A DNA stretch of 62,202 nucleotides from Gnetum montanum. Its lineage: Eukaryota > Plantae > Gnetophyta. Shown here one piece after another: positions 35,501 to 50,500 of this stretch. Every line of letters starts with the position of its first letter. Within the stretch, counting starts at the first letter, position 1. The stretch spans positions 47,059 to 109,260 of the forward strand of contig MNCI01000867.1 in assembly GCA_015680685.1 (NCBI GenBank), written 5' to 3'. The position numbers and the translations under genes were made by a program. The notes under the pieces are model-generated. The model searched no databases and was not told the origin of the DNA. It saw nothing but the letters and a program-made list of their open reading frames with translations.

Positions 35501-38500
35501 TAACTTTAGCAATGCATTAATACCCCAATTGGACCGTAAAAGGGTAACGCCTACCATCAGATTTGTGCCTTCATATTACTATTATTGGTATGCATTCTCA
35601 GTGAACTCCTTCATCACCTCCTATATGTTTGAAGTGTCACTGATTCTATACTTTTAAAAAGTATGCCAAAAAGACTGCACTTTTCTCATTGCTTCCAACA
35701 TTATTCTATTCTTTTAACTAGATGTTGGGATTGTCTGAAAACATGCAAACTTCAAGGAACAACAGATTTTGTAAGATAACAATGTATCATTATTCATATA
35801 GAGTTGTGAATTATTTGTAATTCTTGAGCATCGATATTTTCTCATTGCTCATATATACATCACTTTAGTTATTTTATTTTTATGCTTTTTAAATTTTTTT
35901 AGGTCAAAATTGTTTTTGGATATCTGAATGAAGTTCATGTGCCCTGAGACCTTTTTAGACAGCGCTCTATATCCTGGAAAAGTAGTGCAAAAATTATTAG
36001 ATCTCAAGGAATAACCCACGGAGACAAGTCATTTTTTATAGTGGTAAGGATCCTAGCCTGATAACCCCAGCTGACAGGTTCACTTCTCCTGGGCAGCATT
36101 GAGTTATACAAAGAAAAAAACTTTCATAAAACGAATTCTGAGTCTGGTCCAATAAATCCGAGGGGTTTCAGTAGATGTAAGTAAAAATTTCAGTTTCAGT
36201 TTCATAGCTACAGAAGGGTATTCTCAAAACACTGTAGCAGCAGTAAAAGCCAAAAGGCAATCACCACGTTTGAGAAAAAGATTTAAACTGTAGTTGATTT
36301 CCTATAATTAGTTGCAGCAACCATAAAATTTAAAATAGGACAAAAACCTAGCACAAATAGACCAATAAATTTTTTTACATGTGATTGACACCAGAGAAAA
36401 AAAAAACTTTTTAATAACAAGTTAATGATTGTCACCATGTCCTTAGTTAGTAATTGCACATGCAATAAGTAGAATTTTAAATACAAGGAACTTTACATAC
36501 TTGTCCATCTGGTAATGTATAACTTTCAACTTGAATATTTTCTTGCCTCTCTTCGTAGATACTCTGATCTTCTGCACTGCAAGCATATGATTCTTTCAAT
36601 TTCTCGACTGTGGAAAGGTCAAGAGAGACATGAGGATTTGATTTGGAGAGTTCCTTGTAAAAGAACTGAGTCAAATCCATGCCCCCAATCTCAAACTTCT
36701 TTGAAGCATTATGCTGGACAGCACCTTCCCATACCGGTGCAATGTCTGGCAAAATAAGAAATAAAATGTATTTTAAAAAAAATTTAAAAATATGAAGAAC
36801 CAACAAATGTGCTTGTATAAAGATAGTAGCTTTTTGCTTAATTACTCAAGCTCCCTTAAAAAGAACCTCATATGTTATATTCAAATGTGGGTTAGCACAC
36901 TGTCAAACTTTCCTGCCAACTAAATTTGATTCAATATCATGGGCTATTGATGTATCTAAAATGTCATCCCATAATGATGCAACTTAAAAAATGAAAAATA
37001 TAATAGTGTCAGCTTGGATTTAAACCAAAGTTATCCAAATGAAACCAAATGCAAGCAGAGACTACAGACCAAGACATCTTCAGAGCATCATCTTAACACC
37101 TTCAAATTTGTCAGGAACATGTCTGAACATGCAAGCATTCACCTTTTTCATGAAAATTACAGATACTTGCATTTATAAGAAGCTAGTGCTCAATACACTC
37201 GAGGCAAATTACAAGGAGAAGGATCGATGTATGGGACAGATTTTATTAATCAAAATTGCAAGGATTGAAATAACCTTTAATTTTGCCCAAGGGATTTAAC
37301 CAGCATGCAGGAGCCTTACCTGACTTCAGAGTAAAAATTGCATCCAACACTTCCTACTTTGAAATACAAGCCAGCATTCTATGGTGGTCCTCTTGATCTA
37401 GGACTCTTTGAATATGAACTGATATAGGGAAGGAAGCTGTCCTGGCCCAAATTTTTCCCTAGAAATATTGCAACACCTGGGCAATTTTCTTTGGATTTGA
37501 AATGAATTCATTCCCATCATATATCATATGGATCATTTTTGCACGTTTTAAGGCTTTGGTTGCTGCAAAGAAAACTTTGTATTGTGATCTCCATCTTTCA
37601 ACCCTCTTGCCCTAGAGCATTCCCTCTAGTATGCTTCTTTCTCCTTATAAAGTCATTGTAGCTCCTCCAAAGTCACTAATTCCTCCTCCATTAGATCATG
37701 CTCCTATTCTTGTGAGAGCTGAATTTGACAAAGCATTTGAGTTGTTTCCTCCTTTAAAAATTGAAGGAATATTTGTCTTACTTGGCCCTATCTTTGATCT
37801 GTTGTTTAATACAGTATAGGCCATCCCTGAGAAAGTCCCATGGATCTTGTTGATTTAGGTAAGATGCCTAGATGTCTACAACTAATTGCCTCAACCAAGG
37901 CTTCTGAAGCCAAACACGTTCAAAGCAAAAAGATTGTGATTTCGCTTTAGTTTCATTGGCTTGTTTAAGAGAACAAAGTAACGGCCTATGATCTAATGCT
38001 CTTCGCTTTAAAGTCATAAACAAGACATGCATACTAAGCAGAATTGAGGAGCTTACCCAAACCCAGTTGATCCTACATAGAAACCAATCCACTCCCTTCC
38101 TTCTATTGTTCCAAGTGAATTGGCATCCTTGGATCTCCAAGTCCACCAAGTTAAAATCATTCAAGAAACCAAGGAATTCCTAACTCCCCTGTAGCTCTGA
38201 ACATTCTCCTCCAACTTCTTCCTATTCACATAACCTTTGATTAAAATGGGACTGTCATTTGGTGTGGTGGTAAGGTGCTTGTTTCTCAAGTCAAAGACCA
38301 AGGTCCGAGCCTAGGTGAAACCACTCGAAGAGGTTAGGCTTTCACTCATCTACTGACCCTCCCAAGACCCTACTTAGCGGAATGAGCATTGTGGCTAGCT
38401 CTAAGTGATGATCCTATATAAGCTTTGATTAAAATCTCCAATGAAGATCAAAGCATAATGATCATGGACCTTGGTGACCACCTAATGAAGTTCTTGGAGG

Positions 38501-41500
38501 CAATCCACCCAATTCTAAGATCTCTAAACATTAGTAAGCCAAACACCCTAGCAAGAACAAAGTGATACTCTAGGTTGAACTATAAATGAGTTCGTTTTTA
38601 TGAGTGTTGCTAATCCACTAGCCCACCCTCTATAGTCAACAAAAAAGGAAGACCACCTAGCCCACCATAAAATACCTCTTTGCATAGACTATAACTTTAT
38701 TTCTTGTAGACAAACTATATCACAATTCGCTTGCTTTACAAGTCCCTTTAGGGTATTTCTCTTATACAAGGTATCCTAGCCCCGGTAATTCCATAATAGA
38801 ATCTAATTCCTATTTTGTCTTCTTGTTCTGAAGCTCCCAAAACCTAAGCCCATTCATCTTTTTTGTTCTAAGGCATACCTTGAAACCTTAATTGTTCTCT
38901 TTGAGAATTTGATGTAAGATGGGTTCCATTGGTGGGGTGGAAGACCCCCTCAAGGGGGTGACCCAGCAACCAAGGGGAGGGAGCTCCCCACTAGAAGTAC
39001 CCTACAGCTCAAGTACCAATGCAAGCTAAGAAGTGCCTATCCCCTTGGTAGGCTAGAGAAAGCCCTTAATATGAACACACTCCTTCCCACCCAACAACTC
39101 TAATGATCCCTCTAGGTTCTAAAAGGGAGAAAACCTATTTTCCGAAATCTTCTATGTAGGTGAGGCACTCTTGTTAACTTGATGGGCCTTCAAATCCATT
39201 TGGTTCTTGTCTTGCTTTATTATTGAGCACCAATCGACTGTTTTCTTTCATCTACCTGTTGATTCTATGTATCCTTCATTTGCTTTTTCAGCAATGGTGT
39301 ATTTTGATGTAGCTTAAGACGTCAGCCTTTCTTTCCAACTACTTGCCAATCAATGGGATCTTTATTTTGTCCTTTTGCTTCCTACCCTAGCCGAGCCTTA
39401 CAAACCTAAGCTTGATGATTAGCCTTTCTGCAGAAGTTGCATCCTTCCTAGGAGGTAGGTGGGATAGATTTATTTTCAGTCAAAACATTCTCATATTCAA
39501 CCATGAGGACTTCCTCTCCATATGGTAGTTGCATTCAGATCACTTGCAAAATTCCATCCTTTTCTAGAGATCTCCAAACGAAAAAACACACAAAACCCAT
39601 ATAATCATCTATGGCTGTGAACTTATCCAAGGTGATAAATTCACCAAATAACCCAACAAGGGTTTTGAGAAAATCTTCAATCCAAAACTCCAAAGGAAGT
39701 TCATAAACCCTAAACCAAACCAAAACCCTAGTGAAGAGGTGTGGGTCCTTGTGAGCACCTAGGAGCTAGTGTGTGAGTGCCAAGCCATAGGCCTAAAAAA
39801 ACCAAGGTCTCCCCTAAAGAGTCTTCTCTTGATCCTCGATAGATTGGATGACTAACAACAAAAGATTGCTTGAGAAGGACCTCACAACAATCTCCACCAC
39901 CCCCCAAGAGGCAATGGTCCATTTTTTGACCAAATCTATTCTCAAGAGCATGCCAAAGGACATAGACTTCCCTTCAAACATTGGTGGAGGACATGCAAAC
40001 CTTCAAGCACCATCCCATGGTTCATCTAGTGGCAAAGCTTACTAGAGTCAAGGCAAACAACATCAATGCCACCATCACTTGGTTTCCAATTTGATTGGAT
40101 GAAACCCTAATCCTTGACACAAGAAGCATCCACACTCATGGTCACTGTCCCCACCTTAGCATCCACACTCGTAGCCACCATCCCTTTCTCAATCACTCCA
40201 ATCTCCACCAAAAGGGCTTTGGCTGCACCCATCCCTATAGCCATACCCTCAAACAAGAAAGGGAAAGCTACAATCCCCTTCACATCTTCTATATCAGATA
40301 TTTCCTTCCACCAAGCCCCCCTTCCCCCAGTTCTTTTGTGACTACTTTAGCTCCCCTACCATCCATTGCACCACTGTCCACTATGCTAGTGCCTCCATGC
40401 TCCCCCACCTGGTCGCTCTCAACCCTCTCGCTCTCAATCCTCTCGTCCCTCTCCTGTGCCATCCAAACCCCAAAGTCTAGCAAGCCAATGTTATCTAGTG
40501 ATGTTACCCTATTGTTGGTAAATTGGATAGTTTGATTAAATGTTAATGGTGTGCATTACATTGTTTCAAGTTAAAAGAGTTAAATTGAAATGATTTTTAT
40601 CATAAGGGTTACTGAAAGAAAATAAAATAGTATTATTGTGCAATTGAATGGATTTGAAATTATTGATTGATATGTTTCTTGTGGCCAACTGTTTGGTTAA
40701 ACAAATCCGTTGATGAACAGCATCAGATATATCTGTAAATAAAAATAAAATCAGATTAAATCTGTACATTATATCAGAGGAATCTAATATAGATTTTGAA
40801 TGTCACTGTTTGCTTTTCATGGTCATCTTTTATCAACAATGGTTGAATGAAATTCTGATTAAGGTTATGGTATTTTGTACTAATTAGACATGATCTGTCA
40901 GTGCTGTTGGTATATCAAAGAATCACAAATTATACTCAATGACCATTAGTATTTATTTTATAGTTTTGTTCAAACCTTATATGGTTGTCCATCAAAAAAA
41001 TAGAATTCATTTATTTATTAACATATGCAATCTAAGGCAACAAAGACCATACAGTATCTTTACTAGTATCTAGAGTTTATGTGATATTATATATACTGAA
41101 TATTAGGAAAAGGCTATCAAATTATTTGTTAACATTATTCATTATGGTTTTTTGATTGATGTTGACTGTAGTTATTTTTGATTCTTTTGTTAAGAGTTTC
41201 AATAATTTGATTATGAACCACTGTTTCATAGGATTATTCTGCTTTCTGCCCAGTTATTTGTGTAAACAAGTTTATTCATGCACACTATCTAGTTTCTGAT
41301 TTTCTTCTTGTTGAACCCTAAATATTGGTTCACTAGCAATGATATTGTGAATAAATGTAGAGACACTATATGATTCTGTATTTCAATTTGCAATTTTTCA
41401 AGTACATAAATAATAAATTTTACTTCAGTTTGACTTTCCTTATGATTGATTACATTTTGATTATGCATAATTTAAAATTGATAGTGAAGTGATTCAGTTA

Positions 41501-44500
41501 ACTGGCTTCTTGCTGAGCTAGATGGCTATAGATATGATTTCAAGTTTTAGATGTTTTGACATTTGTATTGCATTTTGGATGCATAGCATATTTAGAGATG
41601 TCAATTGTCATATTGGCTTTCTCTTCCTACTAGATCCTTGGGCCTTTCTTTGTAACATATAATTTTCTGTGTTATGATTTATTTTAATTGATAGTTGTCT
41701 ACATAGGTCTCTATGCAAGTTGAATTTCTGATAATTAATCAACTGTTTCGCAAAAACAAAAGTTCACCCTTCCATTTTCAGCCATGATGGGGGCTTCAGG
41801 TGTTAACTCTTGCTTCCTAAGGATGGGTGCTACACCCAGTAAGTATTGCAGCATATTTATAGAGATAAGATCGTTATATTTAGAAACCCATGCCAATGAG
41901 AAGTGGCTTAAGTGGTTAGCTCATTGTTTGACAAGGATTTGCAAGCAAGAGATTACCAATTCAAGTCACACTTGAGACACCATTGTGTTCTTTTTAAGTT
42001 CTTCTAACTCATATTGGCTATATGTCTTCAAAGTATCTATAATGAACTTGCTTCAGGTTCCAACACCCTATATTGATAGACCCATAATCCACTGTGTGCA
42101 GGTCTATCAATATACTTTGAAATACAAGTAGCTTTCGTACGTTGGGGATTTGGCTAATGCATAAAAGTTGTTAATACTTCATGTTTCAGCCATCACATTT
42201 AGAGAGATTCCAGAAGTTGGATGTGCCTTCGGATGAAAGAAAATATTGTGCAATCCCCACTTTTACAAACTCTGTTGATATTTATATTTCAAATCCATTT
42301 TAGGGCCCTCATTGTCCCCCCCTACACTCAGATTTTGTTTTTAAAAAAATTAGGCCCTATCTTCAAATTTTGTTTGCCAAATATTTAAGATGACCTAAAA
42401 TGGAGGAACCTGATTTCCATATGTGAACATGCAGCTATGACCAGTGGGATGAAACAGTAACAGCCCCTTTTCTTAAAATAAATGAGAAACAAACCGATGT
42501 GTTGTAACTCTCCATTGTTTGATTTGTGAGTTAGTTTCTTAAATGGCATTTAAAAACTTATTTGAGATGTCTAGTTATCTTCTTTCTATTATAAGTTGAG
42601 GATAGTGGATCTGTGAAGCCTGGAAGTCTCCTTGGTGTAAGTCAACATATAATGAATGATTTGTACATTTTTGTCATAGTTAAATTTACCTCTAACTGAA
42701 GCAATATACTGTTCATTTATTCTTGTTTCAATATGCTAATCTCATTTATTTACCAGAAATTATGTTCTTTTATTTGGGTAGAGAAAAGAAACAAAATGTG
42801 TGTGTAATCATGTAAGTTTATTTGCTATCCATAAAATTAACCCACATAAATTATGATTAGAAGCACTCTGGATGCTAGGATAAGTAATTCACCTAAAGTC
42901 ACAGTTGGTAATTAGGTGGATGATGCATTTGGTTGGTGTGCCGTATGTGAATCATATAGTATTTCTAAGGATCATTAATTAATCATTTTAACAATAATAG
43001 AAATTCATCCCTATACCTTGAATAGATGGGTCGCATTATTTATTTATTTTATATACCCCATGCCCTGGATGTGCAAATGAACACCACCATCCAACCCTAC
43101 TCGTACACATGCTTACTTAGGCTTCATATCCTAAGCCATTAGACCCAAGGACATTGAGTTGCACAACACTTGAAGGTTTTCAATAATGCAAGTGCCACTT
43201 GTAAGTGTGAAAGTACATTACATACAATCCCCAATCACCTATCTTGGGGGTATATCAAGGTGCAATTCAAAAATGACGGTTGAACCAAGCCTTGGTTCTA
43301 TAGCATAGAACCCAAAGATAACCCAACTCAGAGCTAGACGGTAACCAGATTCTTTGAGTTTGATGGCCCTCAATGTGGGAATCCAACAACACATTGCATG
43401 GGTAAAGTTGCTAAAACTTATATATTTTAGATCCCACCCAGCCTATTAGAAATTAAATAATCTTATTTGGCAAAAACATAGTGAAGAATTACATCTGACC
43501 ACATCTATCAATGCTACTTGTAAAACAAAACTTGAAACAAGTCACACAAATGTTTGATATTTTCTAGGTTATTAAGGATAAAAAGTCTAACCATCACCTT
43601 TGGCTATACTAGTCTTTGACGTATCATGGCAGTACTAAGGATAGACAATATGTCATTAATGCATCAATCCTTAGAATTGTGAAAAGTAGAAAAGCCTCAT
43701 CTTATCAACATGTTAAGGTCATGTAAGCAACCCACCATTATATTGAGCCATATCCCATTTAGTTGCTGGTGTAAGTCTAGTCCCATGTTCTAAGATGTTG
43801 GAAAAGAATCTAGTAAACTGTATAGGTTGATTATTAGGGGTCCTAAATATTAATCATAAAATTTTATAAAACTTGCACAAAAATTAATTTATTAACATCA
43901 ATACGATAAGCTTTAACTTTCATAACAAAAAGCCACAAAAATTGCAAATCATATTTTCATAAAATTCAAATTAAATGCACACTATGCTTTTATGAAACCG
44001 AACAATGGTTGAAATCATTCCTTTAATTAAAAGAATTGGAATTTAGAAAAATATTATATTTTCATAATCTTCTCACAAATATCTATATATAAAAAGTCTA
44101 AAAAATTTAATGCTTCCATAAAAGCTATTTTAAGAAAATGATTGACTTTCATCGTCACTTTTTAGAGTGAACCATCTTCCGAAGTTAAATCTTGTTTACC
44201 ATCTTCCAATGTTAAATGTTATATTACACATATGTTTAGGATCTTCCAAGCCATTGCTACTATCTGAACCAAAACTTCCAAGTACAAATCATAATGAGAT
44301 GTAAAAGAAAAAGATATTTAAAATCTATATGATGTAAACATCTACCCAATATGCATTATTAATGAAAAATACCATTACCTATTTTTCCATGTCCAACATC
44401 GACAGCACAACCTGAAATTCTTCCAGCTGCGTAGAGGGACAGAACTGCTTGTTCTGAGGCATAAAAACCCATCACATTGAAAGTTTCAAACATCAGTTGT

Positions 44501-47500
44501 ACCAGCTGCTCCCTAACAGCCTGCGTACTCCACAAGAGAATAAATCAATAAGTAGCATATTGACATCATCAAACAGGTGTTCATCACATAACTTGGCATC
44601 ACTTTCCACATTTAAAGCCTATCATTACCATGAGAAGAAACTGGGGCAAACATTTATTCATTTAAAGCATCATCCAGTTGAGATATATTTTGATTATGCC
44701 ATCAAATATGAACTAACAAAACAGACTGTGGCAATGGGCTGGAACAACTATTTAGCTGCAAAATTAGGAAGCCACTGAAAGTAAACTAACACCTGAACAA
44801 ACAAATCATACTTAAGGATCAGGAATTAAGAATGATTAAATTGCCTTTTGTCAATATCATCATCATCGTCATCTTCATGCCATCAAAATGACTGACTAGC
44901 AAGGATAAGTGGATGATATGATAGGTTTTATACTCATCTGTTAACCTGAGATCAACTTGAACATATAACCTAGCTCGGAAATGTGGACTTGAACATTCAA
45001 ACAAACAATTATAAATAGGTAACCCAACCCATTAAGTTAAAATTCATCCACTGCCTCTTCCCAACTAACTAAAATGGATAATTAACAAAGGTAATACCCT
45101 AGTGTATTTGCTAATAATATTGTGCTAGTAAATACATCTTGAATAGACACTGTTTCTAAAATGGAATATTGGAAACAAGCTCTAGAATCAAGACACCTAA
45201 AAATCAATAGAAGTAAGAGTTAATACATGGAATGTTATTTCAATAAAAGTATCAGAGAAAATCAAAGGCCAAGAAATCCCTCAATATAAGCATATTCATT
45301 ATCTGGGATTCATGTCATAGATGGATGGAAAAATTAACAATAATATAAGAAATGATGTTGAGTCAGAATGTCTAAAATGGAGACAAAATAGTGATATATT
45401 ATATGATAGAAGGATTCCAACAAAATTACATGAAAAATGTTACAGGACAATTATCTGGTTTGATATTTGTAGGACACACTACAACTGTCTTGGTGCCTTT
45501 ATCCCATCTATGATGGGCTGACCATTGCCATGGTTCCTGAATGAATATTTTTACCATGGCATATGTCTCAGAACACCCCTTAGAATAGAACATGTGACTT
45601 GTGGATCACAAGCCACAGGCTCTAAGAAAGTGTGCAATGCTTCATTGACATGCGATCCACTACAACAAACCCTTAAAAATTCACTATAATTTTTTCCTTT
45701 TCAACTCTATGAATAAGGACTAGACTCACACTAGCAACTAAAAAATGCTTAACTAATCATAACAGTGGATTGATTATATCACCTTTTATCTTTCTCAAAT
45801 GCTACAATATTTCAAAGATATGCATAGCCAAAGATAGTGGCCATCAGTTCCACTCATTTAATAAGCTTGAGATTAGCAAACAATTATGTGACTCACTACT
45901 TTAGGTTTATTTTACAAGCAATAGCAATGGAAGTGGTTTGGTGCAATCATGCCCTTCCACTATATTTTTATAAAACAAGATTATTGATTAAATAAAGGCT
46001 TCATTCAATGGCTAGTGATCAAAAAATATATAGGCTTCATCAACTATGTCTATACAATGTAGGGTTGTATTGCCACATTGAAGGTCACTTAACTTGATAA
46101 TCCAACCATCATCCAGATGATAGTTGGGCTTTTTCAAAGTTGTACACTATGCAAAGAAAGTTTCGCTCATAATCATTTGGGGACTCCACCTCAATATACC
46201 CCTACATAAGTGATAGGGGATTGTACATTAGGTGGATACATACTTATGAATGACATTTACTTCATTGAAGACCTTTAGGCATCATGCAACTCAACCTCTT
46301 TGGATCCAATGGCTCAAGGTATTAACCCAAGTAAATTGATGTACAAGTAAAGTTCAATAGTGGTGTTCATCTCCACTTCCAAAGTAAGATGCATAAAAAG
46401 GAAGTAATGGAACCCATCAATTCAAGGTATTAGGTGTGTAAATGAGCTAAGTTGAGTTGAGCCAAGTCAAGGTTATCTCAACTCAAGCTTAGTTATAAAT
46501 AGTCTTACTCAAACTTGGCTTAGCTCAAATCGAGCTTTTGAAGTTGGGCTCAAACTTGGCTTAGCTCAAATCGAGCTTTTGAAGTTGGGCTCAAACTTGG
46601 CTTAGCTCAAATCAAGCTTTTGAAGTTGGGCTCAAACTTGGCTTAGCTCAAATCGAGCTTTTGAAGTTGGGCTCAAACTTGGCTTAGCTCAAATCGAGCT
46701 TTTGAAGTTGAGCTCAAACATGGCTTAGCTCAAATCGAGCTTTTGAAGTTGGGCTCAAGCTTGGCTCATTTAAAATTTATCCAGCTCAAGGTTGATTATA
46801 AATGAGATAAGCTTATGTAAGCTTGGGTCAACTTGCAAACTTTCTTAAATATTTTAAAATTAAAATTTTAATTCTAATATTTCTCATAGATAAGCTTGAT
46901 TACTTCATAGATATTAAACACTCCATGTGCTAATTAAGATTCACCATTTAAAATAATATAGAATAACTATTTAACATACTTCATTTAAGAAAAAATTACC
47001 TCAACTTAAGAAACTATTATTTTGAACTTGGCCATCCATTGATTAGTGTAAAGTCATCATAACTTATAGATGTGTTTTTGAAACAAGAACTAAATCTTTT
47101 ATTGCTACATTTGATGGATAATATAACAAATGTCTCTCCTGCTCCCTTCTATTGTTGTACAAGAATATGCTCAAGGATCTTGATCTCTTTTTTGCAACAT
47201 AATACATCAATATCAACCATTAAAGGAAGTAGTGATTGTTATTACAATATTATTGATGTAATTTTTTTACCTTCAATGTTTAACCTTTAACTATATATAT
47301 ATATATATATGGATGTATTTATGTACCTATATATATGAACTGACCTGAGATTTAGCCCATGCCAAGCCCTTTATAATCCAAGCTTGAATCATTAACCATT
47401 TCAGCTCAGCTAGTCTTGGCTTATTTAACACTATAGTTGAACCCAAGCCAATTCTAGGCAAGTTGACACAAGCTGGGTTACAAGCTAGCACAGTTTGTTG

Positions 47501-50500
47501 ATTGACCTACAAGGTATGGGGATGAATATATTATTTACTGTGTTCCTAAAAAAATGTGACATCCTTCATGCAAGGCACACCAAACAAATGCATCATACCA
47601 CCTAATTACCAATTGTAAGATTAGGTGAACCTGTTTATCCTAGGTCTCAATGGGCTTTTAACCATAATTCATGTGGGTTCATTTTATAGAAAGCAAAAAT
47701 AAACATAAATTCTTGTAAATAAATGGGGTTGGTATAATGAAGCAAAAAAGAATAAAAAATTAATCACTTGCATAAAAAAAATCTAACTATACTATGATTT
47801 ATAACGCTTGTATTTAGTATTGGAAGAGTGTGCTCTAAAGGAATATTCTATAGTATAATTATAAACAAATTAAGCTATGCAACAACTCTATTCCCAAATA
47901 GTTTTTAAATATTCCAAACCGAAAACATAGACAATTGACAGTTGTCATAGCCAACTTTTCTTACAATATGTCACAATATTCAAATAAGAGTTTAAGTTCC
48001 TACAAAAAGTGGAAAGTGTAGTTGCTTGGCCTTTTAAGTGAGTTGGTTTCATATTTGAAAAAAAAAATTATGAGACCCATGTTTTGCTGCTATGCCAAAT
48101 GAAGGCAGTGAGTTGTCTCCACATCATTTGGCATGACTGAAAAATAAAATAAAATGAAACCTGAAACAAAAAAAAAAACGTAGCTCATCTCAAAGAGCAG
48201 GAAGCGACCAATGGTTTCCACTGCTCTAACGCAGCCTAGTTTTTTTTTATTTTAAAACTCTGTGACCAAGCAAACTTAAGACATAAATACCAACATGAAT
48301 CAGACATGGGAAAACTGGTTTTCAAGAGTGTAACATTAACATCATCACCCTAACCTTTTCCCAATAAAATAGATTTTCAAGAGCACAACAACAGGATTTA
48401 CTTATAAAGATACAGGCATTTTAAATTGTATGGAGGCAGGGTCACTACAGCCTGGAATGAGAAAAGCATAAAATAAATGGGGATATTTCAACTGAGAATA
48501 TGAGCCTGAAACAAATTAGGATAAACAAATGAGCATGTATTTAGTATTGGAAGAATGTGTTCTAAAGGAATATTCTACAATGTAATTATAAACAAATTAA
48601 GATATGCAATAACTCTACTCCCAAATAATTTTAAATATTCCAGATGGAAGACATAGACAATTGATAGTTGTCATGGCCAAATTTTCTCACAATGCATCAC
48701 AATATTCAAAGAAGAGTTTGAGTTCCTACAAAAGTCGAAACTGTAGTTGCTTGGTCTTTTAAGTGAGTTAGTTTCATATGCAAAAAAAAAAAAACTATTA
48801 TAAGACCCATGTTCTGCTGCTATGCCAAATGAAGGCAGTGAGTTGTCTCCACCTCATTTGGCATAACTGAAAAAAAGTTTAATAAAAGAGAGAGAGAGAG
48901 AAACATAACTTGTCTCAAAGAGAAGGAGGTGACCAATGGTTTCCACTGCTATAAGGCAGTCTAGTATTTTTACTTTTAAAACTCTATGACCAAGAAAACT
49001 TAAGACATAAATAACAGCATGATTAGGACATGGAAAAATTGGTTTCCAAGAGTGCAACATTATCACTTGTCCCAACAAAATGGGACTTCAAGAGTACAAC
49101 AACAGGATTTACTTCTAAAGGTACAAGCATTATGAATTGTATGAAGGCAGGTTCTCTACAGTCTGGAATGAGATAAGCATAAATAAATGGGGATATTTCA
49201 ACTGAGAAAATGAGCCTGAAACAAATTGGGATAAACTATGGCATTAGCTAAAAAATAATCAAACCAAAAAAAGTGAAAAGAAATTGAAACTACTGCCCAT
49301 AATTTTTGGTTGAAATGTTAATTAGTTTTCTTGCTACTCTGTTCATAGAATAGTCAATGTTAAAAAACAGAAGCAACACCATATGCTGGAGTCTAAAGAA
49401 GACACCAAAGGTCACAACCTCTTCATGATCTGTTTTAGAGTTTACCAAATTATTATTTGCAGGTTCATTGCACTATTGTCATGTTTTGCATTATTTTAAA
49501 AATGTTTTTTTTTCCTAATAATTAGAGGCAAAATTTTTCCCAAAAGTAACTATTTTATGACTAAGTGAATATACAAGTAATCAATATAAGGCATGCCCTT
49601 TCCAGATAAAGCAGCCACATCACTAAGCCATCCCAAAATGTGGAAAGCCATGCCCTTCTTTTAGTTTCTTCTGTTTAATCCATTCATAAACAAGAGAGGA
49701 ATATATTTCACAAGTTAATCCCTTACAACGTACGACAAACTGGATTGAAACAAATACTTCTTTACAAATGATGTACAAAGAACCTGTTAACAAATAGAAA
49801 AACCAACAATTACTTGGGTATTATGATTTGAATTTTTAACTCAAGCTTTAAAAAAAATCATTACCTTGGGAGTCAGGAGGGGATCTGCAAAAAGAACTTG
49901 GCCTTCATTTCCAGATTCCCAACCAAGTCCAGTGTAAAACACATAATGTAACAAATCTTCCATGGCATCCCAATGCTTGATAACACCTCTTACAACAGGG
50001 TAAACAGTAACATCTTGCAATGTAGTCTTATCTACTGATTGCTCACCATGCACAGTCCCTTGCATTTTGGTTGAAATTGTCTACACGAGAATATTCTCTT
50101 GTAAGCTAATAAGTTCAAACTAAATATAGCCTCATTGAACTTGTCCAGGAAACTAAGAGTACATTCATCATTATCTTATAACAGAAGTAACAGACAAAAA
50201 TGTACACTATGTGATCAAGAAGCAGCTTTTATTTATAAATGAAGAAAAAATATAAAAATTATGTTTCCTAAATTTCAGGCAAGAGAAATGACAGTGGCAC
50301 AAGTTTCTTCCCTTGATATATCTAGACATAGCCAAAAGCTGCAGACATATGCCCCATGAACTAGAGTATAAAGCTTTATGTCTGGAACATAATTCTAACA
50401 TGTCTTTGTTTAGTAATTTGTAAATAAGTGGCAAAAAAAGCCAATGAACTGACATATGAACAGAAATACAAATTTTGGCAATCTCTTTTTGAGTTTAACC

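Larger units (their letters stand above)
45955..47735 (-). repeat. Dispersed repeat copy 2, split by hAT-type MITE
   Basis: Homology to copy 1 stops at 46430 and resumes at 47510, exactly at the duplicated CAAGGTAT. Confidence 0.8.

Noticed and set aside
33740-35560. Cluster of short ORFs, possible copia gag remnant (YKYPDW) with PBS-like sequence near 35515
   Set aside because: Too degenerate; no diagnostic domain, LTR or TSD could be supported.
46508-46766. CRISPR-like array
   Set aside because: Head-to-tail repeats with no unique spacers, eukaryotic context, no cas genes.
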